Assembly (NCBI GenBank): GCA_030390025.1
Contig: JASTWF010000034.1
Coordinates: 5,332,001 to 5,396,000 of the forward strand
Source: Squalus acanthias
Taxonomy: Eukaryota
Reading direction: 5' to 3'
DNA length: 64,000 nt
In this document: positions 51,801-64,000 of the stretch, one piece after another
Numbering within the stretch: the stretch's first letter is position 1
How the letters are laid out: each line of letters starts with the position of its first letter
The notes under the pieces: model-generated
The model's database searches: none
Seen by the model: the letters and a program-made list of their open reading frames with translations, nothing else
Told to the model about the DNA's origin: nothing
Program-made: the position numbers and the translations under genes

Positions 51801-54800
51801 TGGGGACTGATTAAACGCCCGAGTCCATGATCGGACACAGCCCCGGGTACTGGTCAAACTCCAGAGTCCATGATCGGACACACCCCGGGGAATGGTCAAA
51901 CAGCCGACTCCATGATCAGACACAAGCCCGGGGACTGTTCAAAAGCCCGAGGACATGAACGGACACACCCCGGGGACTGGTCTAAAGCTCAAGTCCATGA
52001 TCGGACACAGCTCTGGGGACTGGTCAAACGCACGAGTCCATGATCGTACACAGTCTCGGGGACTGGTCAAAAGACCTAGTCCATGATCGGACACACGCCG
52101 TGAACTGGTCAAACGCCCGACTCCATGATCGGTCGCAACCCGCCGACCGGTCAAACGCCCGAGTCCACGATCGGACACACCCCGGGGACTGATCAAACGC
52201 CCGAGTCCATGATCAGACACAGCCCCAGGGACTAGTCAAACGCCCGAATCCATGATCGGACAAAGCCCCGGGGCCTGGTCTAATCCCCGAATCCATGATG
52301 GGACAAAGCCCCGGGGTCTGGTGTAACCCCCGAATCCATAATCGGACACACCCCGGGGACTGGTCAAACGCCCGAGTCCATGATCAGACACACCCCGGGG
52401 ACTGGTCAAACGCCCGAGTCCATGAACGGACACACCCCGGGGACTGTTCAAACGCCCGAGTCCATGATCGGACACACCCCGGAGACTGGTCAAACAGCCG
52501 AGTCCATGATCGGACACATCCCGGGGACTGGTCAAATGCCCGAGTTCATGATCGGACACACTCCGGGGACTGGTCAAACGACCAAGTTCATGATCGGACA
52601 CACAGCGGGGACTGGTCAAACACCCGAGTCCATGATCAGTAACACCCCGGGGTCTGGTCAAACGCCCGAGTTCATGATCGGACACACAGCGGGGACTGGT
52701 CAAACGCCTGAGTCAATGATCGGACACACAGCGGGGACTGGTCAAACGCCCGAGTCCATGATCAGACACACCCTGGGGACTGGTCAAACGCCCGAGTCCT
52801 GATCGGTCACAGCCCCGGGGACTGGTCAAATGCACGAGTCCATGATCAGACACAACCCGGGGACTGGGCAAACGCCCGAGTCCATGATCGGACACACCCT
52901 GGGATCTGGTCAAACGCCCGAGTCCTGATCGGTTACAGCCCCAGGGACTGGTCAAATGGCCGAGTCCATGATCAGACAAACCCAGGGGACTGGTCGAACA
53001 GCCGAGTCCATGATCGGACACACCCCGGGGACTGTTCAAACACCCGAGTCCATGATCGGACACACCCGTGGGACTAGTTAAACGCCCGAGTCCATGATCG
53101 GACACAGCCTTGGGGACTGGTCAACCGCCCGAGTCCATGATCGGACACAGCTCCGGGGACTGGTCAAACGCCCGAGTCCATGATCGGACACAGCTCTGGG
53201 GACTGGTCAAACGCACGAGTCCATGATCGTACACAGTCTCGGGGACTGGTCAAACGCCCTAGTCCATGATCGGACACACGCCGTGAACTGGTCAAACGCC
53301 CAATTCCATGATCGGTCACAACCCGCCGACCGGTCAAACGCCCGAGTCCACAATCGGACACACCCCGGGGACTGATCAAACGCCCGAGTCCATGATCAGA
53401 CACAGCCCCAGGGACTAGTCAAACGCCCGAATCCATGATCGGACAAAGCCCCGGGGTCTGGTCTAATCCCCGAATCCATGATGGGACAAAGCCCCGGGGT
53501 CTGGTGTAACCCCCGAATCCATAATCGGACACACCCTGGGGACTGGTCAAACAGCCGAGTACATGATCGGACACATCCCGGGGACTGGTCAAATGCCCGA
53601 GTTCATGATCGGACACACTCCGTGGACTGGTCAAACGCCCAAGTTCATGATCGGACACACAGCGGGGACTGGTCAAACGCCCGAGTCCATGATTAGTAAC
53701 ACCCCGGGGTCTGGTCAAACGCCCGAGTTCATGATCGGACACACAGCGGGGACTGGTCAAACGCCTGAGTCAATGATCGGACACACAGCGGGGACTGGTC
53801 AAACGCCCGAGTCCATGATCAGACACACCCTGGGGACTGGTCAAACGCCCGAGTCCTGATCGGTCACAGCCCCGGGGACTGGTCAAATGGCCGAGTCCAT
53901 GATCAGACACACCCCGGGGACTGGGCAAACGCCCGAGTCCATGATCGGACACAACCCAGGCACAGGTCAAACAGCCGAGTCCATGATCGGACACACCCAG
54001 GGGACTGGTCGAACAGCCGAGTCCATGATCGGACACACCCCGGGGACTGTTCAAACACCCGAGTCCATGATCGGACACACCCGTGGGACTAGTTAAACGC
54101 CCGAGTCCATGATCGGACACAGCCTTGGGGACTGGTCAACCGCCCGAGTCCATGATCGGACACAGCTCCGGGGACTGGTCAAACGCCCAAGTCCATGATC
54201 GGCCATACCCTGGAGACTGGTCTAACAGCCGAGTCCATCATCGGACTCAACCCGGGGACTGGTCAAACGCCCGAGTCCATGATCGGACACACCGAGGGGA
54301 CTGGTCAATCGCCGGAGTCCATGATCGGACACAGCCCCGGGGACTGGTCAAACACCCGAGTCCATGATCGGACACACACTGGGGACTGGACAGATGTCCG
54401 AGTCCATGATTGGACACACCCAGGGGACTGGTCAAACGCCCAAGTCCATGATCGGACCCACCCCGGGGACTGGTCAAACACCCGAGTCCATGATTGGACA
54501 CACCCCGGGGACTGGTCAAACGCCCGAGTCCATGATCGGACACACACTGGGGACTGGACAGATGTCCGAGTCCATGATTGGACACACCCAGGGGACTGGT
54601 CAAACGCCCAAGTCCATGATCGGACCCACCCACGGGGATGGACAAACGCCCGAGTCCATAATCGGACTCAGCCCCGGGGACTGGTCAAACACTCGACTCC
54701 ATGATTGGCCATACACCGGGGACTGGTCAAACACCCAAGTCCATGATCAGACACAGCCCCGGTGACTGGTCAAACGCCCGAGTTCTTGATCGGACACAAC

Positions 54801-57800
54801 CCGGGTTCTGCTCAAATGCCCGGGTACATGATCGGACACACCCCGGGTACTGGTCAAACTGCGGAGTCCATGATCGGACACAGCCACGGGGACTGGTCAA
54901 ACGCCGAGTCCATAATCGGACACACACAGGGGGACTGGTCAAATGCCCGAGTTCATGATCGGACACTCCCCGGGGAATGGTCAAACTCCTGAATCCATGA
55001 TCGTACACATCCCGGGGACTGGTCAAACTGTCGAGTCCATGATCGGACAAACCCCAGGGACTTGTTCAACGTCGAGTCCATGATCGGACACACCCCGGGG
55101 ACTGGTCAATCAGCCAAGTCCATGATCGGACTCACCTCGGGGACTGGTCAAACATCCGAGGCCATGATCGGACACACCCCGGGGACTGGACAAATGCCCG
55201 AGTCCATGATCGGACACACCACGGGGACTTTCAAACGCCTGAGTCCATGATCGGACTCATCCCAGGAACTGGTCAAACTGTCGAGTCCGTGATCGGACAC
55301 ACCCGAGGGGACTGGACAAACACCCGAGTCCATGATCATACCCACCCCGGGGACTGGTCAAACGCCCGAGTCCATGATCGGACACACACTGGGGACTGGA
55401 CAGATGTCCGAGTCCATGATTGGACACACCCAGGGGACTGGTCAAACGCCCAATTCCATGATCGGACCCACCCACGGGGATGGACAAACGCCCGAGTCCA
55501 TAATCGGACTCAGCCCCGGGGACTGGTCAAACACTCGACTCCATGATTGGCCATACACCGGGGACTGGTCAAACACCCAAGTCCATGATCAGACACAGCC
55601 CCGGTGACTGGTCAAACGCCCGAGTTCTTGATCGGACACAACCCGGGTTCTGCTCAAATGCCCGGGTACATGATCGGACACACCCCGGGTACTGGTCAAA
55701 CTGCGGAGTCCATGATCGGACACAGCCACGGGGACTGGTCAAACGCCGAGTCCATAATCGGACACACACAGGGGGACTGGTCAAATGCCCGAGTTCATGA
55801 TCGGACACTCCCCGGGGAATGGTCAAACTCCTGAATCCATGATCGTACACATCCCGGGGACTGGTCAAACTGTCGAGTCCATGATCGGACAAACCCCAGG
55901 GACTTGTTCAACGTCGAGTCCATGATCGGACACACCCCGGGGACTGGTCAATCAGCCAAGTCCATGATCGGACTCACCTCGGGGACTGGTCAAACATCCG
56001 AGGCCATGATCGGACACACCCCGGGGACTGGACAAATGCCCGAGTCCATGATCGGACACACCACGGGGACTTTCAAACGCCTGAGTCCATGATCGGACTC
56101 ATCCCAGGAACTGGTCAAACTGTCGAGTCCGTGATCGGACACACCCGAGGGGACTGGACAAACGCCCGAGTCCATGATCATACCCACCCCGGGGACTGGT
56201 CAAACGCCCGAGTCCATGATCAGACACACCCCGGGGACTGATCAAATGGCCGAGTCCATGATCGGACACACCCCGTGGACTGGTCAAATGGCCGAGTCCA
56301 TGCTCGGACACACACTGGGGACTGGACAAACGCCCGAATCCATGATCGGACACAGCCCCGGGGAAGGATCAAACAGCTGAATCCATGATCGTACGCACCC
56401 CAGAGACAGGTCAAACGCCCGAGTCCATGATGGGACACACCACAGGGACTGGTCAAACAGCCGAGTCCATGATCGGACACACCCCAATGAATGTTCAATC
56501 GCCCGAGTCCATGATCGGACACACCCCAGGGAATGTTCAAACGACGGAATCCATGATCGGACACAACCCGGGGACTGTTCAAACGCCCGAGTCCATCATG
56601 GGATACACCACAGGGACTGGTCAAACATCGAGTCCATGATCGGACACACCCCAGGGACTGTTCAATCGCCCGAGTCCATGATCGGACACACCCCAGGGAA
56701 TGTTCAAACGCCCGAGTCCATGATCAGACACATGCCGGGAACTGGTCAAATAGCCGAGTCCATGATCGGACAAAGCCCCGGGGACTGATTAAACACCCGA
56801 GTCCATGATCGGACACAGCCCCGGGTACTGGTCAAACACTCGACTCCATGATTGGCCATACACTGGGGACTGGTCAAACACCCAAGTCCATGATCAGACA
56901 CAGCCCCGGTGACTGGTCAAACGCCCGAGTTCTTGATCGGACACATCCCGGGTTCTGCTCAAATGCCCGGGTACATGATCGGACACACCCCGGGTACTGG
57001 TCAAACTGCAGAGTCCATGATCGGACACAGCCCCGGGGACTGGTCAAACGCCGAGTCCATAATCGGACACACACAGGGGGACTGGTCAAACGCCCGAGTT
57101 CATGATCGGACACACCCCGGGGAATGGTCAAACTCCTGAATCCATGATCGTACACATCCCGGGGACTGGTCAAACTGTCGAGTCCATGATCGGACAAACC
57201 CCAGGGACTTGTTCAACGTCGAGTCCATGATCGGACACACCCCGGGGACTGGTCAATCAGCCAAGTCCATGATCGGACTCACCTCGGGGACTGGTCAAAC
57301 ATCCGAGGCCATGATCGGACACACCACGGGGACTTTCAAACGCCTGAGTCCATGATCGGACTCATCCCAGAAACTGGTCAAACTGTCGAGTCCTTGATCG
57401 GACACACCCGCGGGGACTGGACAAACGCCCGAGTCCATGATCATACCCACCCCGGGGACTGGTCAAACGCCCGAGTCCATGATCAGACACACCCCGCGGA
57501 CTGGTCAAATGGCCGAGTCCATGCTCGGACACACACTGGGGACTGGACAAACGCCCGAGTCCATGATCGGACACAACCTGGGGACTGTTCAAACGCCCGA
57601 GTCCATGATGGGACACACCACAGGGACTGGTCAAACATCGAGTACATGATCGGACACACCCCAGGGACTGTTCAATCGCCCGAGTCCATGATCGGACAAA
57701 CCCCAGGGAATGTTCAAACGCCCGAGTCCATGATCAGACACATGCCGGGAACTGGTCAAATAGCCGAGTCCATGATCGGACAAAGCCCCGGGGACTGATT

Positions 57801-58830
57801 AAAGACCCGAGTCCATGATCGGACACAGCCCCGGGTACTGGTCAAACTCCCGAGTCCATGATCGGACACACCCCGGGGAATGGTCAAACAGCCGACTCCA
57901 TGATCAGACACAAGCCCGGAGACTGGTCAAATGCCCGAGGACAGGAACGGACACACCCCGGGGACTTGTCTAAAGCCCAAGTCCATGATCGGACACAGCT
58001 CTGGGGACTGGTCAAACGCCTGAATCCATGATCGTACACACCCCATGATCGGACGAACCCCACGGACTTGTCCAACGTCGAGTCCATGATCGGACACACC
58101 CCGGGGACTGGTCAATCAGCCAAGTCCATGATCGGACTCAAGCCCGGAGACTGGTCAAACGCCCGAAGACATGAACGGACACACCCCGGGGACTGGTCTA
58201 AAGCCCAAGTCCATGATCGGACACAGCTCTGGGGACTGGTCAAACGCACGAGTCCATGATCGTACACAGTCTCGGGGACTGGTCAAACGCCCTAGTCCAT
58301 GATCGGACACACTCCGTGAACTGGTCAAACGCCCGACTCCATGATCGGTCACAACCCGGCGACCGGTCAAACGCCCAAGTCCACGATCGGACACACCCCG
58401 GGGACTGATCAAACGCCCGAGTCCATGATCAGACACAGCCCCAGGGACTGGTCAAACGCCCGAATCCATGATCGGACAAAGCCCCGTGGTCTGGTCTAAT
58501 CCCCGAATCCATGATGGGACAAAGCCCCGGGGTCTGGTGTAACCCACGAATCCATAATCGGACACACCCCGTGGACTGTTCAAACGCCCGAGTCCATGAT
58601 CGGACACACCCCGGAGACTGGTCAAACGCCCGAGTCCATGATCGGACAGACCCCAGGGACTGGTCAAACGCCCGAATCCATGATCGGACACACACTGGGT
58701 ACTGTTCAAACGCCCGAGTCCATGATCGTACACACCCCGGGGACTGGTCAAACGCCCGAGTCCATGATCGGACACACCCCGTGGACTGTTGAAACGCCCG
58801 AGTCCATGATCGGACACACTCGCGGGACCT
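33829..58830 (+). repeat. 42-bp satellite array B (~590 units, with kb-scale higher-order duplications)
   Basis: Unit GATCGGACACACCCCGGGGACTGGTCAAACGCCCGAGTCCAT. Confidence 0.97.
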
Positions 58831-59044
58831 GTCAAACCCGCAGTTCCGTGATTGGACACATCCCCGGCACGAATCAAACACCATTGTCTGAACGAAATCA
58901 CGAGTCCGTGATCTGAAACTCTCCAGGTCAAACTCCTGGGACTGGTCAAACTCCCGTGAACAGTCTAAACACCGGAACCAGTCAATGCCCCGGGGCAAGA
59001 TCAAACACACCCCTGGGAACGGTAAAATGACTAGGACGTCAAAA

Positions 59045-62000
59045 ACACGGGCTCTGTGATCAGACACATCCCCAGGGCCAGTCAAAACCCTGGGTCAATG
59101 ATCAGACACAGCCCTAGGAGCTGTCAAACCCCCGGCTCTGTGATCAGACCCAACCTCAGGACCAGTCAAACCCCCGGCTCTGTGATCATCCACAGCCCCA
59201 GGACCAATCACAACCCCGGTCCATGAACAGACAGACCGCTGGGACCAGTCAAACCTACGGGTCTGTGATTGGACACACACCCGGGACCAGACAAACAACC
59301 GGCTCTGTGATCAGACACATCCCGGGTACCAGTCAAACCCCCGACTCTGTGATCAGACACAACCCCGTGACTGGTCAAACCCCCGGCTCTGTGATCGGAC
59401 ACACCCCCGGGACCAGTCAAACCATTGGGTCTGTGATCGGACACACCCCCGGGACCAGTCAAACCCCCAGCTCTGTCATCAGACAGACCGCTGGCAGCAG
59501 TCACACCCTTGGCTCTGTGATCTGACACAAACCAGGAGCAGTCAACCCCCAGGGTCTGTGATCGGACACACCCCTAGGACCAGTCAAACCACTGGGTCTG
59601 TGATCAAACACACACCGTGGACGAGTCAAAACACCGGCTCTTTGATCGGACACACCCCCAGGACCAGTCAAACCCCCGGCTCTGTGATCAGACACACCCC
59701 CAGCACAAGTCAAAGTACCGGCTCTGTGATCGGACACATCCCCGGGACCAGTGAAACCCCCGGCTCTGTGATCAGACACACCCCCGGGACCAGTCAAACC
59801 CCTGGGTCAGTGATCAGACACACCCCCGGGACCAGTCAAAGCCCCGGCACTGTGATCGGACACACCCCCGGGACCAGTCAAACCCCCGGGTCAATTATCG
59901 GACACACCCCCGGGACCAGTCAAACCCCTGGGTCAGTGATCGGACACACCCCGGGGACCAGTCAAACCCCCGGGTCTGTGATCGGACACAGCCCCAGGAC
60001 AAGTTAAACCCCCGGCTCTGTGATCAGAGACACCCCCGGGACCAGTCAAACCCCCGGCTCTGTGATCAGACACACCCTCTGGATCAGTCAAACCCCCGGC
60101 TCTGTAATCGGACACATCCACCGGGAGCAGACAATCCCCTGGGTCAATTAACGGACACACCCCCAGGACCAGACAAACACCTGGGTCTGTGATCGGACAC
60201 ATCCCCCGGGAGCAGTCAAACCACTGGGTCAATTATCGGACACACCCCCAGGACCAGACAAAAACCTGGGTCTGTGATCAGACACAGCCCCGGGACCAGT
60301 CAAACCCCCGGCTCTGTGATCAAACACAGCCCCAGGACCAGTCAAACCCCCGGCTCTGTGATCAGACACATCCCCGGGACCAGTCGAACCTCCGACTCTG
60401 TGATCAGACACAGCCTCGGGACCATTCATACCCCCGCCTCTGTGATCAGACACAACCCCGGGACCAGTAAAACCCCCGGCTCTGTGATCAGACAGACCGC
60501 TGGGACCAGTCAAACCCCCGGCTCTGTGATCGGACACCCCCCCGGGACCAGTCAAACCACTGGGTCTGTGATCAAACACACCCTTGGGACCAGTCAAACC
60601 CCCGGCTCTGTGATCGGACACACCCCCGGGACCAGTCAAACCCCCGGCTCTGTGATCAGACACACCCCTGGGACCAAACAAATCCTGGGGTTTGTGATCA
60701 GACACAGCCCACGGACCAGTCAAACCCCCGGCTCTGTGATCAGACACACCCCCGGGACCAGTCAAACCCCCGGCTCTGTGATCAGACACACCCCCGGGAC
60801 CAGTCAAACCCCTGGGCCTGTGATCGGACACACCCCCAGGAGCAGTCAAACCCCATGGTCTGTGATCGGACACACCCCCAGGAGCAGTCAAAGCCCTTGG
60901 TCTGTGCTCGGACACACCTCCGGGACCAGTCAAACCCCCAGCTCTGTAATCGGACACACCCCCGGGATCAGTCAAACCCCCGGCTCAGTGATCGGACACA
61001 CCCCCGGGACCAGTCAAACGCCCGGCTCTGTGATCGGACACACCCCCAGGAGCAGGCAAACCCCTGGGTCTGTGATCAAACACACCGCCGGGACCAGTCA
61101 ACCCCCCGGCTCTGTCATTAGACACATCCCCGGGATCAGTCAAACCCCTGGGTCAGTGATCGGACACCCCCCCGGGACCAGTCAAACACCCGGGTCTGTG
61201 ATTGGAAACAGCCCCGGGACCAGTCAAACCCCTGGGTTAGTGATCAGACATCTGCGCCCCCCCCCCGACACAAGACAAACCCCTGGGTCCGTAATCGGAC
61301 ACACCCCCGGGGCCAGTCAAAACCCCGTCTCTGTGATCGTACACACCCCGAGATCAGTCAAACCCCTGGGTCTGTGATCAAACACACCCCCGGGACTAGA
61401 CAAACCCCTTGTTCTGTGATCGGACAAACCCCGAGATCAGTCAAATCCCTGGGTCTGTGATCAGACACACCCCCGGGACCAGACAAACCCCCGGCTCTGT
61501 GATCAAACACACCCCCAGGACGAGGCAAACCCCCGGCTCTGTGATCAGACACATCCCCGGGACTAGACAAACCCCCGGCTCTGTGATCAAACACACCCCC
61601 AGGACGAGGCAAACCCCCGGCTCAGTGATCAGACACAAACCAGGAGCAGTGAAACCACTGGGACTGTGATCAAACACACCCCGTGGACGAGTCAAAAACC
61701 CAGCTCTTTGATCGGACACACACCCGGGACCAGTCAAAACCCTGGCTCTGTGATTGACGCACCCCTGGGACCTGTCAAAACCCCCGGCTCTGTGATCGGA
61801 GACACCCCTGGGACCAGTCAAACCCCAGTCTCTGTGATCAAACCCACCCACAGGACCAGTCAAACACCCGGCTCTGTGATTAGAGACATCCCCGGGACCA
61901 GTCAAACCCCCGGCTCTGTGATCGGACACACCCCCGGGACCAGACAAACCCGTGGGTCTGTGATCGGACACACCCCCGGGACCAGTCAAACCCCTTGATC

Positions 62001-64000
62001 AGTAATCGGACACACCCCGAGATCAGTCAAACCCCTGGGTCTGTAATCGGACACACCCCCAGGACCAGTCAAACCCCCGGCTCTGTGATCGGACACAGCC
62101 CCGGGACCAGTAAAACCCCCGGCTCTGTGATCAGACACACCCCCGGGACCAGTCAAACCCCCGGCTCTGTGATCAGACCCACCCCCAGGGCCAGACACAC
62201 CCCTGGTTCTGTGATCGGACACACCCCCCAGGAGCAGTCAAACCCCTGGTTCTGTGATCGGACACCCCCCGGAAGCAGTCAAACACCTGGGTCTGTGATC
62301 GGACACAACCCCAGGACCAGACAAACCCCTGGGTCTGTGATCGGACACACCCCCGGGACCAGTCAAACATCCGACTCTGTGATAAAACATAGACCCAGGT
62401 CGAACAAACCCCCAGCTCAGTGATCAGGCACAGCCACGGGACCAGTCGAACCTCCGACTCTATGATCAGACACAGCCCCGGGACCATTCAAACACCTGGC
62501 TCTGTGATCAGACACTCCATCGGGAGCAGTCAAACCCCTGGATCTGTGATCGGAGACAACCCCGGGACCAGTCAAACCCCAGGCTCTGTGATCGGACACA
62601 CCCCCAAGAAAAGTCAAACCACCGGTTCTGTGATCGGACACATCCCCGGGACCAGTCAAACCCCCGGCTCTGTGATCAGACACACCCCAGGGATCAGTCA
62701 AACCCCCGGGTCTCTGATCGGACACACCCCCGGGACCAGTCAAACCCCTGGGTCAATGATTGGAAACACCTTCGGGGCCAGACCAACCCCTGGGTCAATG
62801 ATCAGACACACCCCCCGGGACCAGTCAAAGCCCCAGCACTGTGATCGGACACACCCCCGGGACCAGTCAAACCCCCGGGACTCTGATCGGACACAGCCCC
62901 GGGAGCAGTCATACCCCTGGGTCAGTGATCGGACACTCCCCCAGGATCAGTCAAACCCCCGGGTCTCTGATCGGACACAGCCCAGGGACCAGTCAAACCC
63001 CCGGCTCTGTGATCGGACATAGCCACCTGGACCAGTCAATCCCCTGGGTCAGTGATTGGACACAGCCCCGGAACCATTCTTACCCCCGCCTCTGTGATCA
63101 GACACAACCCCGGGACCAGTCAAACCCCCGGCTTTGTGATCGGATACACCCGCAGGACTAGTCAAACCCCTGGGTCTGTGATCGGACACACCCCCGGGAC
63201 CAGTCAAACAACTGGGTCTGTGATCAAACACACCCACGGGACCAGTCAAACCCCCGGCTCTGTGATCGGACACACCCACAGGACCAGTCAAACCCCCGGC
63301 TCTGTGATCGGACACACCCCCGGAACCACACAAACCCCCGGCTCTGTGATCGGACACACCCCGGGACCAGTCAAACCCCCGGCTCTGTGATCAGACACAC
63401 CCCTGGGACCAGTCAAACCCTCGGGTCTGTGATCGGACACACCCCCAGGAGCAGTCAAACCCCTGGGTCTGTGATCGGACACACCCCCAGGAGCAGTCAA
63501 AGCCCTGGGTCTGTGCTCGGACACACCCCCGGGACCAGTCAAACCCTCGGGTCTGTGATCTGACACACCCCTGGGACCAGTCAAACCCCAGGCTCTGTAA
63601 TCGGACACACCCCCGGGATCAGTCAAACCTTTCGGCTTTGTGATCGGACACACCCACAGGAGCAGGCAAACCCCTGGGTCTGTGATCAAACACACCGCCG
63701 GGACCAGTCAACCCCCCGGCTCTGTCATTAGACTCATCCCCGGGATCAGTCAAACCCCTGGGTCAGTGATCGGACACACCCCGGGACCAGTCAAACCCCG
63801 GGTCTGTGATTGGACACAGCCCCGGGACCAGTCAAACCCCTGGGTTAGTGATCAGACACCCGCCCCCCCGACACCAGACAAACCCCTGGGTCCGTAATCG
63901 GACACACCCCCGGGACCAGTCAAAACCCCGTCTCTGTGATCGGACACACCCCGAGATCAGTCAAACACCCGGGTCTGTGATTGGACACAGCCCCGGGACC
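59045..64000 (+). repeat. 42-bp satellite array C (runs off the window end)
   Basis: Unit GATCRGACACACCCCCGGGACCAGTCAAACCCCCGGCTCTGT; 34/42 identical to the array B consensus. Confidence 0.97.

Noticed and set aside
33829..58830. CENP-B box in the satellite
   Set aside because: The TCG...CGGG spacing in the monomer is 9 nt rather than 7, and the TTCG and central A positions do not match.
29099..63897. Many long ORFs (up to ~470 aa) with repeats such as MIGHTPGTGQTPES or GVSDHGLGRLTSPR
   Set aside because: The 42-bp unit is 14 codons and is stop-free in several frames on both strands. Frequent 41/43-bp monomers shift the frame at random, and there is no unique N- or C-terminal domain. This is a satellite artefact, not a mucin-like gene.
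29081..64000. CRISPR-like regular repeats
   Set aside because: There are no unique spacers and no cas genes; these are head-to-tail monomers in a vertebrate context.

Overview
This is eukaryotic, almost entirely repetitive DNA, most likely from a cartilaginous fish (inferred from an HE1-type V-SINE and CR1/HER1-type LINEs). I can support no intact protein-coding gene. The window has three zones. (1) 1-13749: four tandem ~3.2-3.45 kb units, each one decayed near-full-length CR1 ORF2 embedded in an ~82-bp minisatellite; shared breakpoints indicate a single insertion that was later tandemly amplified. (2) 13750-29080: a minus-strand CR1 3' end carrying a 98-bp internal minisatellite, then four ~3.6-3.9 kb tandem units. 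Each unit has a degenerate tRNA-Lys(CTT)-like gene and CR1 fragments; unit 1 has gained a solo LTR and unit 4 an HE1 SINE. (3) 29081-64000: ~35 kb of GC/CpG-rich 42-bp satellite in two sister subfamilies, interrupted by a 500-N gap. Array A is the reverse complement of array C, and array B differs from C partly by reciprocal CpG-decay substitutions. The many long ORFs in zone 3 are artefacts of the 42-bp (14-codon) period. I found no convincing novel gene system; the notable signals concern repeat evolution. All alignments and periods were read by eye and are approximate.
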